A DNA stretch of 64,000 nt from positions 30,752,001-30,816,000 of the forward strand of contig NC_083238.1 of NCBI RefSeq assembly GCF_032191835.1. Direction: 5' to 3'. A program made the position numbers and the translations under genes. Within the stretch, counting starts at the first letter, position 1. Every line of letters starts with the position of its first letter. This document shows positions 1 to 10,668 of the stretch, one piece after another. This DNA comes from Heteronotia binoei. Lineage: Eukaryota. The notes beneath the pieces were generated by a model. That model saw nothing but the letters and a program-made list of their open reading frames with translations, was not told the DNA's origin and did not search any database.

Positions 1-608
1 GGATATACAGATACCCCAAACCAGCTTATTTTCTGAGTTGCTCGGTTTCTGTGAAACCAGTAAAACTTATGCTGTAGTTGGCCTCTACAGTACAGTGCTG
101 CGTCTGTGACAAATGTGGTGAACATCCTGAAAGGTATAGAAAAGCAAACACAAAGAGCCAGTGTGGCATCATAGATAAAATGTCAGACTGGTTTAAATCC
201 CTGCTTAGTCACAACGCATGCTTGGTGGTCTTAGATAGTACATGGCTCAATGAGGACATCTTTTGGATGGGTTTTAGCTGGTCCCTGCCCCAACAGTGCA
301 GACTCCACCTTCTACCTCATTCTGTCCCTGGGCATTCCAAGAAGCATTTGGGGCTACAAAAGATGGAGTAGAATGCGAGAAATCACTCTGCTGATGGAAA
401 TACCTTCTGTCTGGAGATTTTCATCAGGATCCAAACTAGTGTTAGCCTAACCTAATACACAGGGTTGTTGTGAGAATTAAATGGGATAGTCCTGTTTATG
501 TCATCTGGCACTTACAGAGGAAGATTGACATATAATTATGATGCATATCCGTTAACATCATTGTTTAATGTCACATAATGAATGTGCTGATAATAAACTG
601 ATCCTTAT

Positions 609-702
609 TAAGAACATAAGAACATAAGAGAAGCCATGTTAGATCAGGCCAATGGCCCATCCAGTCCAACATTCTGTGTCACACAGCGGCCAAATATATA
701 TG

Positions 703-733
<31 letters not shown>

Positions 734-1204
734 TGTGGCTAATAGCCACTGATGGACCTCTGCTCCATATTTTTATCTAACCCCTTCTTGAAGGTGGCTA
801 TGCTTGTGGACGCCACCACCTCCTGTGGCAGTGAATTCCACATGTTAATCACCCTTTGGGTGAAGAAGTACTTCCTTTTATCCGTTTTAACCTGTCTGCT
901 CAGCAATTTCATCGAATGCCCACGAGTTCTTGTATTGTGAGAAAGGGAGAAAAGTACTTCTTTCTCTACTTTCTCCATCCCATGCATTATCTTGTAAACT
1001 TCTATCATGTCACCCCTCAGTCGACGTTTCTCCAAGCTAAAGAGCCCTAAGCGTTTCAACCTTTCTTCATAGGGAAGGTGTTCCAGCCCTTTAATCATTT
1101 TAGTTGCCCTTTTCTGAACTTTCTCCAATGCTATAATATCCTTTTTGAGGTGCGGCGACCAGAACTGCACACAGTACTCCAAATGAGACTGCACCATCGA
1201 TTTA
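609..1204 (-). mobile_element. CR1/L3 LINE, 5'-truncated 3' fragment
   Basis: Minus ORF 739..1233 encodes the CR1 ORF2 C-terminus (HLEYCVQFWSPHLKKDI...LGLFSLEKRRLRGDMIEVYK). The 3' terminal repeat reads aagaacataagaacataag on +. Nearly the same sequence recurs at 39221..39800. Confidence 0.95.
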
Positions 1205-1253
1205 TTTCTTGACTCAGTATCCATCAGAGACATTTTATTACAATATTAGTTAA

Positions 1254-1412
1254 GTGAAACAATGGTGATGTCAGGGGGTGTGGCCTAATATGCAAATGAA
1301 TTCCTGCCAAGCTTTTTCTACAAAAAGGTTCTGTGAAACAATGGTGATATCAGGGGTTGTGGCCTAATATGCAAATAAGTTCCTGCTGGGCTTTTTCTAC
1401 AAAAAGGCCCTG
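1254..1412. repeat. 79-bp tandem duplication of a MITE arm
   Basis: gtgaaacaatggtgat...ctacaaaaagg begins at 1254 and at 1333. The unit matches one arm of the hairpin element at 26880..27050. Confidence 0.8.
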
Positions 1413-1819
1413 CTGTTACTTATACACAGATGCAACATGATGCCTTCTACTAATATATGGATAAGGGTGAAAACATTTTCTGAGCACACCCCCCCCAAAC
1501 CAATTAGTTGCATTCTTGGATGTCCTAGCATTATGTAGCACCTTTGGGAAAGTCAGAATTCAGGCAGCTTCCTCTCTATCCCCAAAGAATTAATCATCTA
1601 TGCAATTTTATTTCAAAACATATCCTATGCAAATTCCTTCTAAAATGCTCCATTTGTTGACAAGGTGAGTATCGCTGTGTTACAAATGTTTGAAGTGGTA
1701 ATGAGAATGCTAACTTTAAAGTGATTTGCATTTTAGGCAAATCCATGCTGTTTTGCTGTCCTTAACTAGCACCAGCAGCTATGCAACACTGAATAGCAAC
1801 TGGCTACTCTGTGCTTATT

Positions 1820-2243
1820 AGGAGTCCTATGACGCAGAGTGCTAAGCTGCAGTACTGCAGTCCAAGCTCTGCTCAAGACCTGAGTTCGATCCTGGCAGAA
1901 GCTGGGTTCGAGTAGCCAGCTCAAGGTTGACTCAGCCTTCCATCCTTCCAAGGTCAGTAAAATGAGTACCCAGCTTGCTAGGGGTAAAGTGTAGATGACT
2001 GGGGAAGGCAATGGCAAGGAAAGGAAAGGTCCCCTGTACAAGCACCAGTCGTTTCCGACTCTGGGGTGACGCTGCTTTCACAATGTTTTCACAGCAGACT
2101 TTTTATGGGGTGGTTTGCCATTGCCTTCCCCAGTCATCTACACAAACCACCCGGTAAAAAGTCTGCCACGAAAATGTCATGATGTGACGTCATCCCAGAG
2201 TCGGAAACAACTGGTGTTTGCACAGGGGACTACCTTTACCTTT
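1820..2243 (+). mobile_element. Sauria-type tRNA-derived SINE interrupted by an antisense copy of its own 3' tail (about 2018..2143)
   Basis: tRNA-like head with B box (gagttcgatcc), body aaggttgactcagccttccatcc, BovB-like tail ggaaggcaatggcaaaccac. The segment 2018..2143 is the reverse complement of the tail. Confidence 0.85.
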
Positions 2244-2369
2244 TACTCTGTGTGTATACCATGAAAATGCTTGCAAAAAAAAAAAAATGCTGGTGGAAGG
2301 AGGAGAGAAAACTGCTCAAGAAGAAAAGAGGAACCAGGGAAAAGTTACCATTACTAAAGCTTCCTTGCT

Positions 2370-2546
2370 GTTTTGTCAAGTCACAGCTGATTTATGGATT
2401 ATAGGATTTTCAAGGCAAGAGATAAACAGAGGGGGGTTGCCATTCTGGAGAGCAACCCTGGTCTCCATTGGAGTTCTCCCATCCAAATACTAGGCAGGGC
2501 TTAGCTTCTGATACCTGATGAGATCAGGCTAGCTATCCAGGTCAGC
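2370..2546 (-). mobile_element. 5S rRNA-derived SINE with BovB/Sauria-like tail
   Basis: The reverse complement contains a 5S-like head (gatctcatcag...agaagctaagc...tagtatttggatgggaga) followed by a cttgccttgaaaa...cagctgtgacttgac tail. Confidence 0.8.
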
Positions 2547-4587
2547 AATACATTTCAGCAATGTATTTCCTATTCATAACAGAACACTCTTTTCTCATTA
2601 ACAATTCTGAATCTTTTTGGGAAACTCATAACGAAGTCGATCCAATCAGAATCAGTTTAACTGTGTTGTCAGCAAAATTCTGATGTTTTTAGGCCACAGG
2701 GTCTTATTTTAGCTTCAACTTTTTAGCTTGGGGGGGGGGGTTGGACACATGCCCAATTTAGTCAACATCGTATCTTATTTTGTTAAGATTAATTACATTG
2801 GAAATGTGTCACACCTTATCTCTGTTCTGAAACTCATAATATTTTTAATGTATTTCACACATTCAGGGCACACTGGGGCAAAATATAGAACAAAGTCAGA
2901 AGTGCAGCACAATCATTTGTGTGTTTGCACATAAATCAGTTTCATTGAGTTTATTGGGATTTACTCACCAATAAATGTGTAGAGGATCACAGCCTCAGTT
3001 GTGGAATTATCTTGTCCCAGTGAAATCAGAAGTAGCTTTTTCTGGATTATACCCTCAGCCTCTTTTCTACTCCTCCTCAGAAATGAGGAATCACCATTGA
3101 ACCAGGCCACCACATGCCTCACCCCACACAAAGGAAGAAGGTAAAGATCTGAGCCCTTTACAGATCACACTCCAACACTTATACATCCAACTCTATGATC
3201 CATGAGGCCTCTTGGAGAAATCAGGTTCAGAAAGCAAGGGTATTGTACAGCTAAAATTAATATCTACCAGCATAAGAACTCCCACTTTTTATTTTTAAAA
3301 AAACCCTGCTGTTTTATAGGCAATCCAGAAGTTCTGATCAGTGCAGGAGATTGAGCTAAACCACTGCTGGCTTTATCAGTTTTCAAATGCAAAGCAATGA
3401 TCTCTGTCCCAAGAGGCTGGGGTGACATCTTGTTTTTATTATTATTATTATTATTATTTCCACCAAACACATTCTAGTGGTGCAATCCTATGCAGTTCCT
3501 CAATTGTACCTCTGCATAGGATTGCATAATCAGTCTGCCCCATTCCTCTGCTCCATCTTAAGACTTATTGTCTGTAGAACACGCCTACTCATCTTTGGAG
3601 ACAGAGCTACACCAGGTACTTTCCTGACCATTATTTGGCATTGCTGCGTGCGGCATGTAGCAATTTCTCCTGACTAATTAGAACAGGACTGTCTTATCTA
3701 AATGCATGTACTGAGCCTCTCCCTCCCCGCCCCACCGCCCCCCATGCCCATAGCCGTATCAGTCCATGACCATCAACCAGACTCTACAGTCTGGGTAATA
3801 CTAGGACAGACTGAAACTTCACAGAGTATTGTGCAGACAGTTGTTCACATTCTTTGGAACTCCGCTGTCATCTGGATGTTAAGCAAACAAAGGAAGAGTG
3901 TTGGGCAAGATGGCCTTAATTTGTCTGGGAATGTGTAGATTGTATCACTCTGCCTTGCCTGGTAATTCTCAGCTCTTTTCTTGAAAGTCAGTCCTATTGA
4001 TGGGAGTTGAATTCAGAATGGAATATCCAAGCAGATTTGTTCAGGAAATGGGGAGGCTGAATGGTCCCAAGAGCTAGGGGTGATGCCTTAGGATCTACAG
4101 CCTGAATTTTTATAGGGCTGCAGAGAAGTCAGCAGAACTGTATATTACTGCTGATTAGTGTATCTGCAAGGCTAACTGGGATTGTTTAGGCACAATCCCA
4201 GGTCTCTGAATAAAGTTGTACTTTGCCCCTCCCTGTTCCATCATAGTCATCATGTAAGCTTCATGAGGTGTGTGGGGGGGTGGGGGTTTGCATTTATTTA
4301 TTTTATTATTTATTAATTTGTTTTGTTTGACATGTCCCACGAAGCAGGCTCAGGGTGGGTTCCATCAGGTGGTGAAACAATTAAAAACAAATTTAAATTT
4401 AAAAATTCAGAAAAAAATTGAACCTGGGTCAACTAGATCTTTCCACGATACAATCTATTTCTGATATTTTGAAAACTAAACATAAAGGATTTTTCCTCAT
4501 GATATAGACTCTATGACTGAAGGATCTAAGAGACCCAGGCTCAAATCCCTACCACCACCACAAAGCTTGCTTGACCTTGGGCTAGTT

Positions 4588-5175
4588 CGGGGGTGTCAAA
4601 CATACTTCCAAGGGGCCAAATCGAGCCCCCAGAGGGCTTCTATCAGGCCCTCAAGCAACTGGTTGTCATCTGCTTCCTTCTCCCTCTTTCTTGCTTCCTT
4701 CTGCATAACAGCTTGCTTTGCCAGGCTTGCTCAATTGCACAGGAGCTACAGAGCAGTCTCCAATTTGTCAACTGGCTGAGGCTCCTCCCTTGGGGAGGAA
4801 GGAGGGGGAAGCAGAGCTTGCTTTGTCAGGCTCTCTCAATCGCACAGCAGAGCTACTGAGACAAGCCTCTCTTCCTTCTGTTATCTGAGGCTCTTCCCCT
4901 GCCTAGTCCCCTGGAGAAGGGAGGAAAGAGCCAGAGCTTTCTTTGCCCAGTTCCCTGGATCCCATCGGAGAAATACAAAGAAAACACTTCTAAGACCAAC
5001 GAGTGCTAATGTTTTAAGCATGTTTTACGTTGTTGTTGTTTTAAATCTTTAATTGTGTTTGTCTGTGTTCTTTATAAAGTTTATATCTCTGCTACCTAAT
5101 TTTAAATGGCCCAGCCCAACAAGGTCACATTTATGTCAGATTCGGCCCTCATAGTAAATGAATTTGACATCCCTG
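4588..5175. mobile_element. Non-autonomous hAT element (MITE) inserted in a tRNA-SINE relic (about 4510..5210)
   Basis: TIRs cgggggtgtcaaac / atttgacatccctg. 8-bp TSD ggctagtt (4580..4587) / ggctagtc (5176..5183). The SINE sequence resumes after the TSD. Confidence 0.85.
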
Positions 5176-5324
5176 GGCTAGTCATTCTCAGCCCAGCCTG
5201 CTTCGTGGGGTTGTTGTGGCTATAAAATGGAGCAGACAACAAGCAGAGCACCTCCCTGAGCTCCTTGGAGAAGGGATTTTCTTTTTAAAATGTACTAAAT
5301 AGCAGGTTGGGAGGGAAGGCAGCG

Positions 5325-5480
5325 TGGCATAATCCAGTCTCGCCAGATCTGGGAAGCTAAGCAGGGAGGCCACCAAGGAAGACTTTGCAGAGGCAGGTGA
5401 TGACAAGCCACCTCTGCTTCTGTCTCGCCTTGAAAGCCCCCTTGCTGGGGTCGCTGTAAGTCAGCTGAGACTGTGATGGT
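5325..5480 (+). mobile_element. 5S-derived SINE, internally deleted
   Basis: cagatctgggaagctaagcaggg (5S-like) followed by the tail tcgccttgaaagcccc...gtaagtcagctgagac. Confidence 0.7.
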
Positions 5481-6617
5481 ATTTTACACACACAGTCCTT
5501 TTGGTGGCTGAGTGCCCCCTCCTACAGCCCCTTTTTCTTCTTTCACCTGGGTGCTGCAGTTAAATAAGCCTTCTCTTAGCCTTAGGTACAGCTTGGCAGT
5601 AGCGACTGTTATTTTTCTTGCTCTGCCACCTTCTCTGGCTGGTGTTCTGTCTCCACCCAAGGAAAAATTAACCATTTCTTTGCATTCTCTTCCCCTGCCT
5701 CCCACCTCAGGTTACCTCTGTTTCTCTTTTCTGTTGGATATGGGAAAAGGTGGGGGTGGAAAGAAGTGAGAAGTCCTGCATAGGGAAGAGAGCTTTGCCA
5801 TCACAGGATGGAATCTGCACCCACCTCCACCCCAGTTCTTGCTTCTCCAACCTGCTTCTGGCCAGGCAGATCTGGCCCCGAGTCCTGACTCCACCTTGCT
5901 GCTCTCATCTGCTCTGCTCCCGCTGGAGTTTCTACACATGGTTTTGCCTCTGTGGGGCCAAATTGGAAGAGGGACAGACCCTCCAGGGCCTTCTCTTCTG
6001 CAGCTGCTGACCTCTCCTGAGATGTCATGAGCCTCAGGTGACTCCTAATCTCCTCTGGATATAGCTGTCCAGACTCTGCTTTGGTTGAGTTAATGCTTCT
6101 CTGGATCTTTCTTTTTAATGTTTTTTTAAAGCTCTTTGGTATCTTGTTCCCTTTTTTCGTATCATGTTTGGATTGATTTCTGGCCTTGACTTACCTGTGT
6201 ATCTACTAATAAATAAAAACAAATTTGTGAAATAAAGACACTTTGAACTTCTAATGTGTTCATTGCTTTAAAAACATGCAAAGCAACTCTTTGATACAAG
6301 GCACTAAAAGATCCATTTCTGGATTCTGGAATGAACCTATTTTTCTCCCAACACTAATTTAAGAGATAGCAAATAATTGTCTTCCTGAAGTTGGCATCTC
6401 CTGCCCAATGGACAGGGTCCAAAATCAGAATCTGTCTCCTCCACTTTCTATCTCAATAACAGTATCATACGTGGTTCCAGTTCAGATCTGTGTGCACTTA
6501 TTTTGCATTCAATCCCACTGTTATAAATGTTTTTCTCCAAACTTTCCTTGGAGCCATTTTCAGGGACAGAAAAAGATCCATTGCAAGTGGTTTAAAATTC
6601 AATTCTGTAAGTTCTGT

Positions 6618-7099
6618 AAGTAGAGACATCACCCTGCCAACAAAAGTCTGTATAGTCAAAGTGATGGTATTCTCAGTAGTAATGTATGGCTGTGAGAGTT
6701 GGACCATAAAGAAGGCCAAGCGCAGAAGAATAGATGCTTTTGAGCTGTGGTGCTGGAAGAGAATCTTGAGAGTCCCTTGGACTGCAAGAAGATCGAATCA
6801 GTCAGTCCTAAGGGAAATCAACCCAGACTGTTTCCTGGAAGACCAGATGCTGAAGCTCAAATACTTTGGCCACCAAATGAGAAGGGAGCACTCCCTGGAG
6901 AAGATCCTGATGTTAGGAAAGACAGAAGGCAAAAGAAAAAGGGGATGACAGAAGATGAGATGGCTGGACAGCGTTACTGATGTAACAAACACACATTTGA
7001 GCAGACTTTGGAGGATGGTGGAAGACAGGAGGGCCTGGCGTGACTTTGTCCACGGTGTCGTAAAGAGTCGGACTCGACTGTGCGACTGAACAACAACAA
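6618..7099 (+). mobile_element. BovB (RTE clade) LINE 3' fragment
   Basis: ORF 6490..6948 contains SRDITLPTKVCIVK...VMYGCESWTIKKA...RIDAFELWCW...LKYFGH...LMLGKTEGKRKRG, the BovB ORF C-terminus. It ends in a (caa)n tail. Confidence 0.95.
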
Positions 7100-7449
7100 G
7101 TGTATATGCAGAAGGAAGTCCCACTTACTTCCAGGTCAGTATGTATAGGATTGCAAAGGAAGTTTGGCAGTGAAGTGCTTGCGTGCGAAGTCACCCGGGA
7201 AATCAGAGACTATGCAAATCTTACTCACCTCATGCCACCAATGGGACTTTAAAAAAAAAAAAGCTCAGGATCTAAGTGTAAAACTTGTTCCTCAATACTC
7301 TCCCTGGAACTGAAGTCCCACAGAAAGCAAAGACATTTCCAGCCCTCCACTGGGATAATTGCATGAACCTCATTTCCAGGTCACCTCTGCCCCTATCCCC
7401 ACCAACCAAGGGATGTACAGTTCCCTCTTGCCTAGTTTGTATTGGCAGG

Positions 7450-8920
7450 ATGCTTTTTCTCAGCGCCCCTGAGAAGAAGCGCAGAGGTTATGGCTTGGAG
7501 AGGAGGCGATCTCGTGTTCTCCGCCCTCGCTGAACAGGGGAAGTTCGTATCTTTCGCCAAATCCGCGAAATCAGGCCTTCCCTGTCTTTAGAAGTTCTCT
7601 GACTGTCTCTCCGCGACCACCCTGCAGTTCCACGCAGCTCAGGAGGGCCCCCTCTGACCGGAGAACTGCGGCCCAGGCTGAGAGCACTCCAGCAAAGACC
7701 GGCCAACTCCTCTGCCAACTTCAGCTGAGGGGCAAAAGCCTCCTGGTGGGCAATCCAGCGCTGGGGTGGAATTTGAGAGTTAGGATTACTTGGGGGAAGG
7801 GGTGGGCGGAGCGGCCTTGCTGCTGAGAGGCGCCCAGCTCAACTTCGCCCAAGTCCACTTAGGGAGGTGGCATCTCTTGAGCCTCCAAGGCCGGGTTTTA
7901 GTTTCGTCAGTGCGCTGTGGCGATTCAAGAGTGTTCGGCTTAAATCTCAGGGTTGGGAGGATAAAATAGAGAACCATGGAAGCCGCTTTGGGTCTCCGTT
8001 GTGGAGGAAAGCGGAGCACAAATAAATACCCAAAGATCTAGAGAGAAACTGAATGGGGTGGGCGGACGAGGCATGTTTGGGTTTCACAGCAGTGTCCGTA
8101 TTTTCTTAAGCGCACGCGTAAAAATGTACCAACTCGCACATCATTAGATGGGAGGTCTACAAGACGCGTCCGAGAGTCTCTCAAACTATGATGATGTGGG
8201 GGTGGGGGGGCTGAAAATCTTTGTCCAGCTTGTCAAGAGCCTGATCTGGGATCGATCGATGGCCTTTTCTGCCTGGGTCTTCACGGGATCGACCAGTTAG
8301 AAGGCCTGAAGCGAAGGCAGGCCTCTTCCTTTCCTTCTCTCTCTCCTTTCCCCCTAAGTGTGGGTGTGCGTCGGCTTTAGAGGCCTGGGGGGCCCGGCGG
8401 GGTGGCCTTTCCTCCTCCCCGAGACTCCATATGGAGCCGTGGGAGAGGACTTGGCCCTCTAATCCCCTCAAAGGGGCCGATCTGTTTCGAGGCCCTCCAA
8501 CCCCTTCGGAAGCCTTTGAGAGGCCACGGATTATTTGCATAGGGAAGCCAGATAAAGATCTCTCTGTGCCGGGCGTTTAAGAAGGCTTCAGTGGCAACGG
8601 TGGATACAATGGGAAGGCGACCGACACTGGGCGGCTCAGGTTACCTGGGGAAAAGTTACAGAAACGTCAGCTCGCGCGGGGAAGAGCGCGGCCGCCTCGA
8701 CCACCCTCCTTCCCGAAATACTACTGGGAAGCCCCCTTCCTCCCCCCCTCCCCCGCCTTTGGAGCCTGCCCAAACTCCAAATGGATACAAAAGTTGGGAG
8801 AATCAAGTGCTAAACTCTTGCCCAAGCGCACCAGCAGTCGAATCGCAGGCGCCCTTAGAAGCAGCTCTTCGGCCTCTAGATGGAAGCCGGCCAGAAATTC
8901 ACCCTGCAGTGTCGGCGCTG
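7450..8920. promoter_or_regulatory. CpG-rich upstream domain of SP5
   Basis: Visibly CpG/GC-rich and repeat-free. Identical GGGGTGGGCGGA Sp/KLF motifs at 7799..7810 and 8055..8066, octamer ATTTGCAT at 8533..8540, Sox-type ACAATGG at 8606..8612. Confidence 0.55.
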
Positions 8921-10094
8921 ATGCGCTTCCTGTTTATTTATCTTGAATGACTGGGTAGGAAGAAGTACAATTTTTTAAGGACACCAGAATGCCTGGGGCA
9001 AAAGAAGTGCCATTCTGAACTCTTGCAGTCGCACACACTAAATAATACTTTCGATCCATTTTCAACTCACTTTCCAACTGGATTTTACTGCAAACTGCCA
9101 AAATCCAGTTGGAAAGCGCACCGAGAGTGGATTGAAAGCGTATTAGTGTGTGGGATCGCAGTACAAGTCTTTGTAAAAGCTGCTTCCGGAAAGGAGCATC
9201 GCTGCTTGAAAGTGGCACCTATGCAGAGCGCCTGTGTCCCACTCAGCTCCCAAACTTCATTTTTTTGGAAAGACTCTCAGCAGCTGAAAGTGGCCCTGGT
9301 TTAAGAACAAGACCGCCCGCCTAAAGACATTTACCTGGAAGTCAGGGCCACTGCTCACCTGGGGGGGGAGGGGGGAGTCTTGCGGCTGATGCTTAAGATC
9401 AGGTTCCAAATTTGTGTTCCGGAGGGCTGAAAGGAGCAGGTTCATAAATAATCCTTTAAAGCTGATGATTTCCTGATCGAGGAAGCATTTCCACTGAAAG
9501 CTGAACTTTCCAAACTCTTCCCTTCTTTGAGAAAGCTTCTTATGTAGGGTTGGAAAGCATTTCTATGATGTTTTTAAAATAATAGTTCCTTTCAAGGTAT
9601 TCAATTGGGGGGGGGGGGATCCACAGCCATGTTTCTTAAAACCCCAGCCACTTCTGATTCTGCACTTCAGGCATGGGGTGGGGGGCTGAGGGGGAGAATC
9701 CTGCTGTTTGTAGCAGATCAAAGCACTTCTCTGGCTTGAACTCCCAAGCACAAGGCACAAACGAGGGGGGGGGGGGCGTTTACAGAATAAGCCTTTGGTA
9801 GCAGTTTGTGAAAGATACCTTGCTAGGAATTCTCTCTGGCTTCAAAAAAAATCTCAAGACACTAACTGTAAAAACTTATGCAGTTTTGATTGGGAGTTAG
9901 GCACGCACTTGAGTGAGGGTTTATATTACTGTGGAGTGCCACCCATTGAAACAAGGAACGCAGATGATGATATTACTGGAAGTCACTTTACAGTTCTGGA
10001 AATCTTCAACCGCAATATATTTTTTATTTTTTGTAAGGAAGGGAATAAAGAGGAGGTGGGGCGAAAAGGCAAGATCTTGAGCATCGAGCGCCAG

Positions 10095-10560
10095 GGTCTC
10101 CAGGCGGTAAGGGACCCTTTGATCAAGAAAATCCAATTATTTGTGTATATACATTTCCCACATAGTGATTACTTCATTAATTGTCCCGCCTTTATCTCCT
10201 CCCCTCCCATCCCCCCCCCTAATAATCAGGTCTTTTATCCAGACCAACAAACACACCATAGGAGCTTTGTGGATTCAAAGGATTTGCTTTCGCTTCTGAA
10301 AGAGCCGCTATTCTTTGATGATTGGGCAGCGGCAAACTTCAAAGCCGTAAATCTTCCCTCTGACTGGCTGGCGGCCCAGCAAAGTCCTTATCAAATTCTT
10401 GGAGGTGATCCTTGGCGTAGCCAGACAGTCCGCCGAGATCGCGCTGCGCCCGGGCTGGGGAAGGAGGCGGTGAGGAGCGGAGGGGGGCGCAAAGGTGGGA
10501 GGGGGGGGGGAAGCGGCAGAAAAAGTAAATCGGGCAGTTTCTCGGCTTCCTTCCCGGCAG
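10095..10560 (+). promoter_or_regulatory. SP5 proximal promoter with clustered TCF/LEF sites, helper sites, CCAAT and GC boxes
   Basis: CTTTGAT 10117..10123 and 10313..10319, CTTTGTG 10265..10271, ATTCAAAG 10273..10280, TTCAAAG 10338..10344. GCCGC/GCGGC-type motifs adjacent, GC-rich boxes at 10440..10515. SP5 is an established direct Wnt/beta-catenin target. Confidence 0.85.
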
Positions 10561-10567
10561 CGACTCC

Positions 10568-10615
10568 ATGCCGCGGCATTACCCCGGCGGCCTCCTCTCC
10601 CTCCGGACGCGGTAG
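10568..10615 (+). other. Upstream ORF (MPRHYPGGLLSLRTR*) in the presumed SP5 5'UTR
   Basis: ATG at 10568..10570, in-frame TAG at 10613..10615, 2 nt before the SP5 ATG. It is a uORF only if the TSS lies upstream of 10568. Confidence 0.6.
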
Positions 10616-10617
10616 CC

Positions 10618-10668
10618 ATGGCCGCGGTGGCCATCCTCCGGAACGATTCTTTGCAGGCGTTTCTTCAG
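10618..10668 (+). CDS. SP5: Transcription factor Sp5, coding exon 1 (MAAVAILRNDSLQAFLQ)
   Basis: Kozak context gccATGg. The peptide matches the vertebrate Sp5 N-terminus. Donor CAG|GTCAGT at 10669, phase 0. Confidence 0.97.

Noticed and set aside
1-600. Possible MYO3B 3' exons expected upstream of SP5
   Set aside because: No myosin-like or kinase peptide and no convincing exon was seen in 1..10000.
1820-1910. tRNA genes (here and at 24812, 46318)
   Set aside because: A/B-box-like heads continue directly into SINE bodies, with no complete cloverleaf.
2440-2546. 5S rRNA genes (here and at 5325, 14770, 29672, 51622)
   Set aside because: Diverged, partial and fused to a LINE-derived tail. These are SINE heads, not rRNA genes.
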